A stretch of 64,000 nucleotides of DNA from assembly GCA_965208575.1 (NCBI GenBank), contig CBDBOV010000005.1, forward strand, positions 832,001 to 896,000, given 5' to 3'. Shown piece after piece: positions 8,614 to 19,163 of the stretch. Below the pieces are notes generated by a model. It was not told where the DNA came from and searched no databases. It saw nothing but the letters and a program-made list of their open reading frames with translations. Each line of letters opens with the position of its first letter. Within the stretch, counting starts at the first letter, position 1. The stretch comes from Spirochaetia bacterium (GTDB lineage Bacteria > Spirochaetota > Spirochaetia > SZUA-6 > Bin103). The position numbers and the translations under genes were made by a program.

Positions 8614-10287
8614 TTGCGACACCGGAGCCGTCGGGATCGAACGGGGCGGAGGAGATGCTGTACCCCGCTGACGGACGGAGGGCGTAGCCCGACCGGAGTC
8701 AGCCGGCGCGGTGCCGTGGAGGCCACCGTGGACGACGCCGAGATGGCGGACCAGGCAGCCAAGCTGCTCGCTTCCGGGATGAGCGGCTCAGCCTGCGCTC
8801 GCGAACTCGGCATCCCGGTGAGCACCTTCAACGAGAACCGCCGCGCCGGCGTCATCACAGATCCCACCCGGGAGCCCGCCGCCAGCGCCGAGGTTGCGCC
8901 GGCGGCCACCACCACTGATCACCCGGTCAGCACCGCCGCCGCGGTCAGCGACCCGGCGGTCGCCACTGAGCGCGCCAGCCGCGACGCCCGCGACAAGCAC
9001 GCGCCCATGGGCCGCGCGGCGCGCGACGTGGAACGCCGCACGCTCGCCAGAGCCGGCCTGCTGACCGAGGCCACACCAGCGTTCGTCGAGCCCGCCCACG
9101 CGGTCGCTGGCGGCGGCGTGCTGGCCGCACTGGCGATGCTGCTGCGCGAGGGCCTGCTCACCGCCGCCAACCGCCTGTTCCGCCTGCCGGCCGGATTCTA
9201 CGGCCTGACCACCATCCTCCTGTTCGTCGCCTGCATGACCCTGGCCCGGGTGCGCAACCCCGAGAGCCTGCGCTACCAGGCACCCGGCGAGTGGGGCGCC
9301 ATCCTCGGCCTCGACCGCTGTCCGGAGACCAAGACGCTGCGCCGCAAGATCAGGCTGCTGGCCAGCGCCGAGCACACCGTGCGCGATTGGCAATCGGTAC
9401 TGGCGCGTACCTGGGCCAGCGAGCACGACGACGACTGGACGACGCTGGCCGTGGATGGCCACGTGAAGGTGTACACCGGGCGCAACGGGCGGTTGCCGAA
9501 ACACTTCGTCGCACGCCAGAAGCTGTGTCTGCCGGCGTCGGTGAGCTACTGGATCAACGCCCTCGGCGGCGCACCGCTGCTGTGCCTGCACAAGGCGCTG
9601 GACCCGAAGCCGGTGAATGCGATCAAGCACGACGTGGTGCCGCAGTTGCAGCACCTGGGGGTGGTGACCGAAGCGGCCCCCGACCTGACCGGAGCACCGG
9701 CCGGTACCCCGCAGCTGACCCTGGTGTTCGACCGCGAGGGCTGGAGCCCGGACCTGTTCAAGCGCCTGGCCCGGCGTGGCATCGCCTGCATCACCTGGCA
9801 CAAGAACTTCAACGGCGCGGACTGGCTGCCGGAAGACTTCCACACCTTCGAGGTACCGATCCATGGTCCCGCCGGCACCAGCACGACTGCGGTTGATCTG
9901 GCCGAGCAGCCGATCATGCTGCGCAACGGGCTGGTGGTGCGCCAGATCCGGCGGCGTCTGGCCAACGGTCGTCAGGTGGCGGTGATCACCACGCACCCGC
10001 AGATGCCGTTGGCGCAGGTCGCCGGCGCCATGTTCTCGCGCTGGTCGCAGGAGAACTTCTTCAAGTACCTGCGCGAGCAGTTCAACCTTGACGCGCTGCC
10101 GAGCCATGACCTTGCGCCGCCGGAGCCCGACGCACGGGTCGTGAACCGGTGCGCCGGGCCCTGGAAAAGAGCATCAGGCGGGTACGCAGCCGGCTGGCAG
10201 CGGTCCGCAATCGCCTCGCCGAGGCACTGCAGGGACGGCACCGGGACTCCGCCACCCGGCTTACGGTCGCGGATAAAGTTGCACTGA
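8614..10287 (+). pseudogene. Large DDE-type putative transposase, frameshifted near 10146 and C-terminally truncated
   Basis: EWGAILGLDRCPETKTLRRK, VDGHVKVYTG, VFDREGWS, MFSRWSQENFFKY; coding continues in another frame (VRRALEKSIRRVRSRL) then breaks off near 10265. Confidence 0.75.
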
Positions 10288-10305
10288 ATTGCATGGTTAT
10301 GCATA

Positions 10306-10388
10306 GACACGGGGGTATCCAGACACCACCTCGTGTCGTGGAGGGGCCTTACAGCGCGGCTGAGGCGACGTTTTCTCATCGCTGACCG
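10306..10388. repeat. ~83-bp imperfect direct repeat, copy 2
   Basis: Matches 8334-8415; contains the inverted repeat GACACGGGG...CCTCGTGTC. Confidence 0.85.
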
Positions 10389-10429
10389 CCCATTCTCCGA
10401 TTATCGACCGTCAGACCCGCCTGAGAGGG

Positions 10430-11704
10430 TCATTTTGCCGTGCGACCGCTGCCACCACGCTCCTCGCTCGGTGTTTGCACCGTGCTTGGTGCGGCCTTGG
10501 CGGTCTTGCTGACGTTCAGCTGCAGCAGATCCTCGGTCAACCTGGTCAGCTCGCGCTTGAGGGCGACCGGATTCAACGTCGCGTACTGCTGCTTGAGGCG
10601 GTTCTTCACCTTCTCGCTCACCGACTCGGAGGCCAGCATGCGGTGATACGGCGTCTGCGGGTCGTCATAGATGCGGCGCACCTTGCTGCCGGTGCGGGTT
10701 TTCTTCACCAGCTTCACCGAGGGATAGAAGAAGTTCACCAGCAGGCACAGCGGGCGGTATATCGCGTTGAGGGCAGCCAGTTCCCGGTCGGTGTCGTAAC
10801 GCAGGTGGCCGACCGCCCGTCGCACCACGTGGCCATTCTTCTGCTCGACGTAGCAGGTGTCGTTCTTGCGATGCGGGCGACCCCGAGTGAACGTGATGCC
10901 GTGCGCTTCGCAATAGCGCAGCAAATGATGATTGATGAACTCGCTGCCGTTGTCGGTGTCGATCCCCCGCATCACGATCGGCAGGCTCTGCCGGGCAGCG
11001 TCGATCGCCTCGTGGGTCCAGCGCTGCGCCTTGTTCTGCACGCCGTACAGGTCGACCCAGCCGGTGTCAACGTCGGTGATGGTGAGCGTGTGGCAGAAGT
11101 CGCCTGACGCGTTGCCGCCTTCATGGCCCACCAAGTCGATCTCGAAGAAGCCCGGCTCCTGCTCGTCCCAGTCAGCGAAGGTTCGGATCGCGATCTGATC
11201 CTTCAGGAGGGTGCCCGGCTTGGTGTGCGTGCGACCCTTCAGGCGCAGCCGTGCGCGCTCCTGCTGCAGCAGCCGGTCGATGGTCGCGGCGCTGATGGTC
11301 TGCAGCTTGCCGCGCACCGCTGCGGTCAGCTCGATCTCGCCGAACGACTCCAGCGTCGGCAGCATGGTGCGCAGCACGACCACCAGGCGCTTGCCGCACA
11401 TGCAGTCGAACACGTACCAGATCAGCTTCAGAGCGACCAGCACCTCCTGGTCGTAGCGCCGCGGTCGCACGCGGCGCTGGGCAGGCCGCGGACGCCCGAC
11501 CACCAGCTTCACCAGTGTGCCGTCGACTCGCACCATGCGGGTCCGTCCCCACCAGGTCAACAGATGGATCGCGTACTTGCGCTGGTACCCGGTCGACTCG
11601 ACGAACTCGTCGAGTATGCGCCCCTTCTCCTTCTTGCCCGCCCGACGATACCGCTGCGCGTGCTGCTCGGTGAGCTCTCGCCTTGAACTCATCTTCAACC
11701 CCAT
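10430..11704 (-). CDS. rve/integrase-core DDE transposase (ISNCY/IS481-like)
   Basis: RYRRAGKKEKGRILDEF, ISAATIDRLL, PGFFEIDLVGH, DTDNGSEFIN, FTRGRP..KND..YVEQKN. Confidence 0.9.
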   Translation of the reverse strand: MGLKMSSRRELTEQHAQRYRRAGKKEKGRILDEFVESTGYQRKYAIHLLTWWGRTRMVRVDGTLVKLVVGRPRPAQRRVRPRRYDQEVLVALKLIWYVFDCMCGKRLVVVLRTMLPTLESFGEIELTAAVRGKLQTISAATIDRLLQQERARLRLKGRTHTKPGTLLKDQIAIRTFADWDEQEPGFFEIDLVGHEGGNASGDFCHTLTITDVDTGWVDLYGVQNKAQRWTHEAIDAARQSLPIVMRGIDTDNGSEFINHHLLRYCEAHGITFTRGRPHRKNDTCYVEQKNGHVVRRAVGHLRYDTDRELAALNAIYRPLCLLVNFFYPSVKLVKKTRTGSKVRRIYDDPQTPYHRMLASESVSEKVKNRLKQQYATLNPVALKRELTRLTEDLLQLNVSKTAKAAPSTVQTPSEERGGSGRTAK

Positions 11705-11872
11705 CTCCTCCGGAACCTCCTCACGTCCCTCGGAGAGGCTCCAACCGGACCCGGAAGGTCCAGCCCGTTCGGTTAGATTTTTAGATGAGGCATGCTTTCG
11801 CTACGGTTAGATTTTCGATGAGTCAATGCGGGTCGTTGTCGCCGTTCGGCCGCCCCACTATGATGGATCACG

Positions 11873-12631
11873 ATGACTGCAGCGACCGATCGCGCCCGGC
11901 GCTACCGGCAGGACGGCATCCTGTACCCGATCGACCTGTTCAGCGGCGGCGAGATCGCCGGCTACCGGCGCGCGTTCGACCGCCTCGACGAGACCGAGGG
12001 CATCGACCGCCCGCAGGAGCGCAACCGCCAGCGCCACTTCGACCTGGAGTTCGTGTGGCGGATGGCGTCGCATCCCACGCTGATTGTGATCATGCAGGAA
12101 CTGATGGGGCCGGATCTGCTGCTGATGGCCACCGATTTCTTCGTCAAATACGGCAGTCCGGATGCCGACGCGTTCGTGGCCTGGCACCAGGACGTGACCT
12201 ACTGGGGGCTGGAGCCGCCCGACGCGCACACCGCCTGGATCGCGATCGACGACAGCGATGTCGACAACGGCAGCATGCGCGTCATCCCCGGCTCGCACCG
12301 GCGCGGCATCGTGACCCACGGCACCTCCGAGCGCGCCGGCAACGTGCTCAGCATCAACCAGGAGATCCCCGACGAGCTGGTCGACACCTCCGCCGCCGTC
12401 GACGTGGAGCTGCGCGCCGGCCAGATCTCGATCCACGACGGCCACCTGTTCCACGCCAGCCAGCCCAACCGCTCCCACCGGCGCCGCTGCGGCATGACGG
12501 TGCGCTTCATCCGTCCCGACGTGCGCCAGGCCACCGGAAACTCGCTCGGCTCCGACTGGCGTCCGATCCTGCTCGCCGGCGAGGACCGCCACCACAACTT
12601 CACCCTCGCCGAGCCTCCCTTTCCCGGCTGA
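11873..12631 (+). CDS. Phytanoyl-CoA dioxygenase (PhyH) family Fe(II)/2-oxoglutarate enzyme
   Basis: WHQD, NGSMRVIPGSH, distal H.S.PN.S..RR. Confidence 0.9.
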   Translation: MTAATDRARRYRQDGILYPIDLFSGGEIAGYRRAFDRLDETEGIDRPQERNRQRHFDLEFVWRMASHPTLIVIMQELMGPDLLLMATDFFVKYGSPDADAFVAWHQDVTYWGLEPPDAHTAWIAIDDSDVDNGSMRVIPGSHRRGIVTHGTSERAGNVLSINQEIPDELVDTSAAVDVELRAGQISIHDGHLFHASQPNRSHRRRCGMTVRFIRPDVRQATGNSLGSDWRPILLAGEDRHHNFTLAEPPFPG

Positions 12632-12644
12632 GGCAGGCCAGCCC

Positions 12645-14084
12645 TCAGCCGGTGCGATGGTCCAGGACCACCTCCTTGAGATCAGCCGCGATCTCCCGAT
12701 AGGCGGGATCTTCAACGCAGTTGTTCGATTCCCCCGGATCGCTCGTAAGGTCGTACAACTCGCAGGGCGTTTCCGAAGGCACGTGCAGGGTGAAGCGGAA
12801 GGCTTCATCGCGCACCCCGGTGAAATCGCCGATCGTCGAGAACACGTACTCGTGCCCGCCGGTGCCGCGTTCCAGCACCGGCAGCAATGACTGTCCGCGG
12901 GCGCCCTCGGGAGGCGCCACCTGCCCGATGTCCGCGATGGTCGAGACCACGTCGATCAACTGGGTGAGATCGCGGCACACCCCGCGGCTCCCGCGGTCCG
13001 GCGGACTGACGATCAGCGGAACCTGCACGGAACCCTCGTAGAAGGAGTGCTTTGCCCACAGGTGGTGTTCGCCGAGCATCTCGCCGTGGTCGGAGCTGTA
13101 GATGATCCACGTATTTGCCAGCTCTCCCTGCGCGTCGAGCGTCTCGATCACCTCGCCGATCTTCTGGTCGACGAGGGAGACGGCGCCCAGGTAGTGCCGG
13201 ATGCCCTCGCGCACGAAGTCGTCCGTCATGGTCTGCACCTGGGAGTGGGCCTTGAGCCATGCCACCCTCTGCGCCCAGACCGGGTTGGTGGCCCGCGGCA
13301 TCGTCATGTTCGGCAGTGCGATGTCGGCGTCGGCATAGTACGCGGCCCAGGTCGGGTCATCGAGCAGCGGAACGTGCGGTTGCACGAAGCCCAGGTGGAG
13401 ATAGAACGGCTTGCCGGAATCGCGCGACCTCAGCCAGCCGATCGCGTGATCGGCAATGAAGCTGGACAGCTCGCACTCCTGCGGCAGCACGCTGGTCTCG
13501 CCGCGCCAGTGGGTGGGCGTGAGCCGGAAGATCCCCCGGATCTGTTCCTGGTGCGCCTCCAGTAGCCCGCGCGCTTCCAGGAAGTCCATGTACGGGCTGT
13601 TCAGGTGGCTCGCAACATGGCTGTACCGGTCGTACTCCTCCATCACGTAATCCCACCCGAAACGCTTCAGGAAGTCCTCGAACTGCCGCGTATCGAAACG
13701 CTCGCCGCGTTCTCTCGCCTCCACGGAACCGGGCCGACCGTGATAGTGCGTCTTGCCGATCGACGCGGTCTCGTAGCCGCCGCCCCGCAGTTGCTTCATG
13801 ATCGTCGGCCAGGCGGGTTTGAACGGACTGTCGTGCACCGTGTCTCCGCGGCGAGCGGTGACATTGTCGGTGAAGCCGAGTTCATGCGCGTAGCGCCCGG
13901 TGACCATGGTGGCCCGGCACGGCATGCACACCGGACACTGCGACCAGGTCCGCTCGAAGCGCATGCCCCGATCCGCCAGCCGGTCCAGGTTCGGCGTGCG
14001 CACCAGCGGATGCCCGCCACAGCCGAGCACGTCGTGGCGGTGCTGATCGCTGAACACGAACAGGATATTGGGCTTCCTCGCCAT
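12645..14084 (-). CDS. Cys-type sulfatase (choline-sulfatase-like)
   Basis: [24 protein letters not shown] signature, SDHGEMLG. Confidence 0.9.
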   Translation of the reverse strand: MARKPNILFVFSDQHRHDVLGCGGHPLVRTPNLDRLADRGMRFERTWSQCPVCMPCRATMVTGRYAHELGFTDNVTARRGDTVHDSPFKPAWPTIMKQLRGGGYETASIGKTHYHGRPGSVEARERGERFDTRQFEDFLKRFGWDYVMEEYDRYSHVASHLNSPYMDFLEARGLLEAHQEQIRGIFRLTPTHWRGETSVLPQECELSSFIADHAIGWLRSRDSGKPFYLHLGFVQPHVPLLDDPTWAAYYADADIALPNMTMPRATNPVWAQRVAWLKAHSQVQTMTDDFVREGIRHYLGAVSLVDQKIGEVIETLDAQGELANTWIIYSSDHGEMLGEHHLWAKHSFYEGSVQVPLIVSPPDRGSRGVCRDLTQLIDVVSTIADIGQVAPPEGARGQSLLPVLERGTGGHEYVFSTIGDFTGVRDEAFRFTLHVPSETPCELYDLTSDPGESNNCVEDPAYREIAADLKEVVLDHRTG

Positions 14085-14146
14085 CGCCCCTCCTCCCTCG
14101 GGAAGTGACGATCATACTACGCCCGGTCGGAGACGAGTTGAGCAGG

Positions 14147-14175
14147 TTGACCGTGGTGCTACCCGGTAGTACCCT
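14147..14175 (+). promoter_or_regulatory. Sigma70-type promoter of the TA operon (leaderless)
   Basis: TTGACC-17bp-TACCCT, 6 nt before GTG 14182. Confidence 0.6.
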
Positions 14176-14181
14176 GCACTT

Positions 14182-14457
14182 GTGGCGGTGAAGTCCTCGA
14201 TTTCACTTACCGACGAGCAGCACGCGTTTGCGCGAGCACTGGTCGAGGCGGGGCGCTATTCCAGCGTCAGCGCCGTCCTGCAGCAGGGCGTCGAACTGCT
14301 GCGGCGGCGAATGGACGCCGAGGAGTTGGAGACCGCGGCGCTGCGCGAGCTGCTGTCCCGCCGCCGTGGCGGCGAGGTGGTCAGCGCGGAGCGGATGGAC
14401 ACCCTGCTCGGCACCATGATTGCCGGCAAGCGCCGCGCGCATGGCCTTCCGTCTTGA
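14182..14457 (+). CDS. ParD-like ribbon-helix-helix antitoxin
   Basis: SISLTDEQ...LVEAGRYSSVSAVLQQGVELL; overlaps the toxin start. Confidence 0.85.
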   Translation: MAVKSSISLTDEQHAFARALVEAGRYSSVSAVLQQGVELLRRRMDAEELETAALRELLSRRRGGEVVSAERMDTLLGTMIAGKRRAHGLPS

Positions 14458-14791
14458 GTTCGCGGCCGACGCCGAACGCGACTTCGGGCTGATATTCGAT
14501 CATCTGCTGCGCAGCTACCTCGGCTTCGGCGAGCGCCCCGAGAGCGCGCTCGATCATGCCGGGGCGCGGACACTCGATATCCGCGCGGCTGCCGAACGCA
14601 TCCTGGACGCTCCCCAGCGGGGCGAACGCAATGGCGGCGACATCCTGCCCGGGTTGCGGCACCTCGCCATCGGACGTGCGATCTACTGGTTCGACGTCGA
14701 CGAGTCGCGCGCGGCGGTGCGCGTCCTGGCCGTGTTCTTCGGCGGCCAGGATCATGTCCGCCACATGATGGCCCGGCTGCTCCAGGACTGA
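14441..14791 (+). CDS. ParE/RelE family toxin
   Basis: MAFRLEFAADAERD..LIFD, PGLRHL, VRVLAVFFGGQD. Confidence 0.85.
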   Translation: MAFRLEFAADAERDFGLIFDHLLRSYLGFGERPESALDHAGARTLDIRAAAERILDAPQRGERNGGDILPGLRHLAIGRAIYWFDVDESRAAVRVLAVFFGGQDHVRHMMARLLQD

Positions 14792-14978
14792 GGCGAGTCA
14801 GCGATCCACCGCGGCCGCGCGGTTGACGGCTGGTCGGGCGCGTGCGACAGTGGTCCTTTGAGGTTCAAGGAATACGGATGAAGCGCCGCGATACGGGCCG
14901 CAAGAAGATACTCAAGGAACCGTCGCGAGCGCGGCGTGGGCCGGTGAGTCACGCGCCGCGCGTCTCGATTGCAGATTC

Positions 14979-15054
14979 GCCGACTCTGTTTGGCCGCCTG
15001 CATTAGGGCAAGAGAGTAGGCAGGGAACGGCAATTCACTTCGCGATACTCTCGA
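14979..15054 (+). ncRNA. Candidate structured 5' leader motif, copy A
   Basis: GCCG-A-CTCTGTTT pairs with AGGCAGGG-AA-CGGC; GAGAGTA (15012-18) pairs with TACTCTC (15046-52); homologous to leaders at 31348 and 53996. Confidence 0.45.
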
Positions 15055-15082
15055 CAACGAAAGCGAGGTTACGAGATACCTG

Positions 15083-16969
15083 ATGAAACGAGTGTCAATA
15101 CTATTTGTGCTGTTGCTGCTGTTCTCGGCGGCAGCCGCGAGCGCGGACAATTACATGGAGTCGCCATCGCTGACGGCGAGAGTGAGCTCCGGTGACCTGC
15201 CTCCGGTGGAAGACCGGCTCCCGGCTCAACCCGTGGTGTTCGACGCTTCCTGGAACGACGTGCCGACGGAAGACCTGGACTTCCAGGTGGGCAAGTACGG
15301 CGGCACCCTGCGAGCCGTGCGCACCCACCCGAACTGGGATGCGGACGTGTGGGCCATGTTGAAGGAGACCCTGGTTGCGTCACCCGGCTGGATGGACGCC
15401 AATCCGAAGGACCTGCGCGGCAACGTGATCCTGGACTACGAGGTTTCCGCGGATGGCACCACCTTCACCTTCACCATGCGGGAAGGGCTGAAGTGGTCGG
15501 ACGGTGTTCCCGTTACCACCGAGGACGTGCGCTTCACCTACGAAGACGTGCACATGAACGACGAGTTGGGGGAATTCGGCTGGGACATCCTGCAACAGTG
15601 GATGAGGACCAGGAACCAACCCGACGGCGAGCCGATGCTGGTTGAGGTGATCGACGACTACACCTTCCAGGTGAGCTTTCCGGAGTCCTATCCCGGCTTC
15701 ATCAACAGCCTGGCGGTGTTCTGGGGCACCTACCGCGACTTCCTGAAGCCGAAGCATCACCTGATGAACTTCCACGCCGAGTATGCCTCCGCGGACAAGC
15801 TGGAGGACGCGCTCGCCGAGGCCGGGTTGGAAGAAGGCGAATGGTACAAGCTGTTTCTCCAGGAGGACCACAATACCTGGGAGAAGACCAACACCACCGC
15901 CGACGGTTTCCCGAGCCTGTGTCCGTGGATCATTGCCGACGTGACGCCGACGGTAACGCTGTGGGAACGCAACCCGTACTACTTCAAGGTCGACTCGGAT
16001 GGGCAACAGCTCCCCTACATCGACCGGGTGCGGTCGGAGTACGTCACCGACCGGGAGACCATCAACCTGAAGATCGTGGCCGGCGAACTGGACATAGTCG
16101 AACGCGAGGCGGGCGGACCCAACCTGCCGTTCTTCAAGGAGAACGAGGAGCGCGGCGGCTACAACGTGACCCTGCTGCAGCAGCACTTCGCCCCGGTCGA
16201 CATCTACCTGAACATGACCCACGCGGACCCGGTGTGGCGCGGGCTCGCGCAGGACCTGCGTTTTCGGCAGGCGTTGAACATGGCGATCAACCGCCAGGAC
16301 ATCATCGACAAGGTGTTCTACGGGTTCGCCTCACTGCCCGAGGTGGTGCCGAGCGCATACGACCCGGCGCGCGCGAATGCGCTCCTCGATGAAATCGGCT
16401 TGACGGCGCGCGACTCGGACGGCAACCGGTTGGGTCCGGACGGCAACCCGCTCATGATACCGATCGAGTGGGCGCCGGAGTCGCCGGACTTCCAGCCGGT
16501 GGTCGAGTTGCTGACCCGGGACTGGACGGAACTGGACCTCGACGTGACGCCGAAAGAGCTGCAGCAGGACCTGCTCCATGAGCGGGAGCGGTCGAACGAG
16601 ATCAAGATCAGCCTGAACTGGGACGACCTGGAGAAGTGGTGGCTGTTCGCCACCATCTGGGGCTCGCCGAGATTCGCCACCCATTCGTGGCACCTGTGGT
16701 ACACGAGCGGCGGCGAATCGGGGGAGCAGGGCCCCGACTGGGTGTACGAGTTCTTCGACCAGATCGCCGAGGTGCGGTCGTCTTCCTACGAGGACGCGCA
16801 GCGGCTGGTGAAGGGCGCGCAACAGATCATGTACGACAACATCCTCTACATCCCGACCGTGCAGAAGCTCAGGAAGCCGCTCCTGACTTCCGTCAACCTG
16901 GGCAACGTGCCGACCAGCGGCATGGTCCTGGTGGGCGTGAACAGCGGCGAGCAACTCTTCTTCAAGTAG
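15083..16969 (+). CDS. ABC transporter family-5 substrate-binding protein
   Basis: Signal peptide, LPPVEDRLP, GKYGGTL, REGLKWSDGVP, RNPYYFKVD..GQQLPYID, DLRFRQAL..AINR. Confidence 0.93.
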   Translation: MKRVSILFVLLLLFSAAAASADNYMESPSLTARVSSGDLPPVEDRLPAQPVVFDASWNDVPTEDLDFQVGKYGGTLRAVRTHPNWDADVWAMLKETLVASPGWMDANPKDLRGNVILDYEVSADGTTFTFTMREGLKWSDGVPVTTEDVRFTYEDVHMNDELGEFGWDILQQWMRTRNQPDGEPMLVEVIDDYTFQVSFPESYPGFINSLAVFWGTYRDFLKPKHHLMNFHAEYASADKLEDALAEAGLEEGEWYKLFLQEDHNTWEKTNTTADGFPSLCPWIIADVTPTVTLWERNPYYFKVDSDGQQLPYIDRVRSEYVTDRETINLKIVAGELDIVEREAGGPNLPFFKENEERGGYNVTLLQQHFAPVDIYLNMTHADPVWRGLAQDLRFRQALNMAINRQDIIDKVFYGFASLPEVVPSAYDPARANALLDEIGLTARDSDGNRLGPDGNPLMIPIEWAPESPDFQPVVELLTRDWTELDLDVTPKELQQDLLHERERSNEIKISLNWDDLEKWWLFATIWGSPRFATHSWHLWYTSGGESGEQGPDWVYEFFDQIAEVRSSSYEDAQRLVKGAQQIMYDNILYIPTVQKLRKPLLTSVNLGNVPTSGMVLVGVNSGEQLFFK

Positions 16970-16994
16970 CCGGAGTTCGGCTACTCGTGAACGC

Positions 16995-17025
16995 GTGGCG
17001 CCGGGGCCGGGAGCCTCGGCGCCAC
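16995..17025 (+). other. Intercistronic stem-loop between SBP and permease
   Basis: GTGGCGCCGGGGC-CGGGA-GCCTCGGCGCCAC; no U-tract. Confidence 0.6.
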
Positions 17026-17050
17026 CACCGCGGCAACACGGTAACGGAGC

Positions 17051-18049
17051 GTGGTAGGGTATATATTCGGCCGTATCCTTCAGGTCGTACCGCTGTTGAT
17101 TGCCCTGTCCATCGTCAGCTTTCTGATCATCGAGCTGCCGCCCGGCGACTACCTGACCTCCCTCATCCTGCGCCTGGAGCAGTCCGGCAAGCAACTCAAC
17201 GACGAAGAGGTGCTGCGCCTGAAGAAACAGTACGGCCTGGACCGGTCTGCCGCCGTCCGCTACTCGATGTGGATGTGGAACATCCTCAGCGAGGGGGATT
17301 TTGGCCGTTCCTTTACGTGGCAAAGACCGGTGGCCGAGGTGATCACCGAGCGCATCGTGCTGACCATGGTGATATCGATAGCCACCCTGCTGTTCACCTG
17401 GGTGGTGGCGGTGCCGGCGGGCATCTACTCGGCGGTGCGGCAGTACTCTCCGTTCGACTACGCTGCCACGTTCTTCGGCTTCATCGGGCTGTCGATCCCG
17501 AACTTCCTGCTGGCGCTGATCCTGATGTGGCTGGCGTTCAATTATCTCGACGTGGCGGTCACGGGACTGTTCTCGCCCGAGTACGCGGATTCCGACTGGA
17601 GCCTGGCCAAGGTCGGCAACATGCTCAGCCACATCTGGGTGCCGATTCTGGTCATAGGCACCGCCGGGACGGCGGGGATCATCCGGGTCATGCGGGGCTG
17701 CCTGCTGGATGAACTGCGCAAGCAGTACGTTATCACGTCGCGAGCGAAGGGGTTGGCAGAGGCCAGGCTGCTGTTCAAGTACCCGGTGCGGGTCGCGGTC
17801 AATCCGCTGATCAGCACCATCGGCTGGCTGTTGCCGGCGATCATCTCCGGCGAGACGATCACCGCGATCGTCCTGAATCTCCCGACCTCCGGGCCGATGC
17901 TGTTCCAGGCGCTGCTGGCGCAGGACACCTACCTGGCGGCGAGCTTCGTGCTGATCCTGGCATTCCTGACCATCATCGGTACCTTGATCTCGGACCTTAT
18001 GCTGGCCTGGCTGGATCCGAGAATCAGGTACGAGGGTGTTTCCCGGTGA
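17051..18049 (+). CDS. DppB/OppB-type ABC permease
   Basis: ELPPGDY, GDFGRSF, EAA-like LLDELRKQYVITSRAKGL, LDPRIRY. Confidence 0.93.
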   Translation: MVGYIFGRILQVVPLLIALSIVSFLIIELPPGDYLTSLILRLEQSGKQLNDEEVLRLKKQYGLDRSAAVRYSMWMWNILSEGDFGRSFTWQRPVAEVITERIVLTMVISIATLLFTWVVAVPAGIYSAVRQYSPFDYAATFFGFIGLSIPNFLLALILMWLAFNYLDVAVTGLFSPEYADSDWSLAKVGNMLSHIWVPILVIGTAGTAGIIRVMRGCLLDELRKQYVITSRAKGLAEARLLFKYPVRVAVNPLISTIGWLLPAIISGETITAIVLNLPTSGPMLFQALLAQDTYLAASFVLILAFLTIIGTLISDLMLAWLDPRIRYEGVSR

Positions 18050-19158
18050 GGTCGACCGCCGCTCCGACCGAGCGCGAGGAGCGTTACTACGTCGCCTCTC
18101 AGTGGAGCCTGATCTGGAGGAACTTCAAGAAGCACCGGCTCGGGTTGGCGGCGCTGCCGGTACTTGGCTGCCTGTACTTTCTGGCGGTGTTCGGCGAGTT
18201 CATCAGCGCCTACACGCCGGTGACCTACTTCCGGGACCGGGAGAACGTGCCGCCGCAGGGGATCCACTTCGTTCGCCCCGACGGTTCCTTTCAGTTGCGC
18301 CCGTTCATCTACGGGTTGACCAAGGAGATGGATCCCGACACGTTCCGGCAGGTCTACCGGCGCGATGAGACAAGCATCGTTCCGCTGCGGTTTTTCGTGG
18401 CCGGTGAACCGTACAAGATGTGGAACCTGTTCCATGCCGATCTGCACCTGTACGGCGCCGAGGGCGAAGCCGTGCTGCTGTTCGGTTCCGACCGGTTGGG
18501 ACGGGATCTCCTGACCAGGGTAATCTACGCGTCGCGCATCTCGCTGACCGTGGGGCTGGTCGGCGTGGTCATGACGTTCGTGTTCGGGATGGTTCTGGGC
18601 GGCATGTCCGGTTATTTCGGCGGTGTGGTCGACACCGTGGTGATGAGGGCGATCGACTTCGTGATCTCGTTGCCCACCATCCCCCTGTGGATGGCGCTGG
18701 CCGCGGCGCTCCCGGAGAGCTGGAGCTCGATCCAGATCTACTTCGCCATCACGCTCATCTTCTCGGTGATCGGGTGGGCCGGCCTGGCGCGCGTGATACG
18801 GGGCAAGCTGCTGGCGTTGCGGGAGGAGGACTTCGTGATGGCGGCGAAGATCGCCGGCGCCTCCAACGCCAGCATCATTGCCCGGCACCTGCTGCCGTCG
18901 TTCGCCAGCTATCTGATCGTGAACCTCACCATCGCGGTACCGTCGATGATCCTGGGCGAAACCGCGCTGAGTTTCCTCGGCCTGGGGATCCGGCCGCCGT
19001 CGGTGAGCTGGGGCACGCTGCTGCAGGACGCCCAGAAGCTGCAGGTGCTGGCCCATCAACCGTGGCTGCTGATACCGTGCATCTTCGTGATCGTGACCGT
19101 ATTGATGTACAATTTCCTCGGCGACGGACTGCGCGATGCGGCTGATCCCTATCGATAG
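18046..19158 (+). CDS. DppC/OppC-type ABC permease
   Basis: FGSDRLGRD, EDFVMAAKIAGA, ETALSFLGLG, GDGLRDAADPY. Confidence 0.93.
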   Translation: MRSTAAPTEREERYYVASQWSLIWRNFKKHRLGLAALPVLGCLYFLAVFGEFISAYTPVTYFRDRENVPPQGIHFVRPDGSFQLRPFIYGLTKEMDPDTFRQVYRRDETSIVPLRFFVAGEPYKMWNLFHADLHLYGAEGEAVLLFGSDRLGRDLLTRVIYASRISLTVGLVGVVMTFVFGMVLGGMSGYFGGVVDTVVMRAIDFVISLPTIPLWMALAAALPESWSSIQIYFAITLIFSVIGWAGLARVIRGKLLALREEDFVMAAKIAGASNASIIARHLLPSFASYLIVNLTIAVPSMILGETALSFLGLGIRPPSVSWGTLLQDAQKLQVLAHQPWLLIPCIFVIVTVLMYNFLGDGLRDAADPYR

Positions 19159-19163
19159 GATCG

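Larger units (their letters stand above)
8039..11827 (-). mobile_element. Composite/nested IS bounded by ~60-bp imperfect terminal inverted repeats
   Basis: Left ATTGCCTCACGTAAAAATCTAACC-N12-TGCCTCACGTAAGAATCTAACCGAA vs reverse complement of right ATTGACTCATCGAAAATCTAACC-N12-TGCCTCATCTAAAAATCTAACCGAA; no clear TSD. Confidence 0.75.

Noticed and set aside
10268-10305. AT-richer CGGATAAAGTTGCAC...GGTTATGCATA as a dif/Xer site
   Set aside because: Arm spacing does not fit the 11-6-11 layout and no tyrosine recombinase is nearby.
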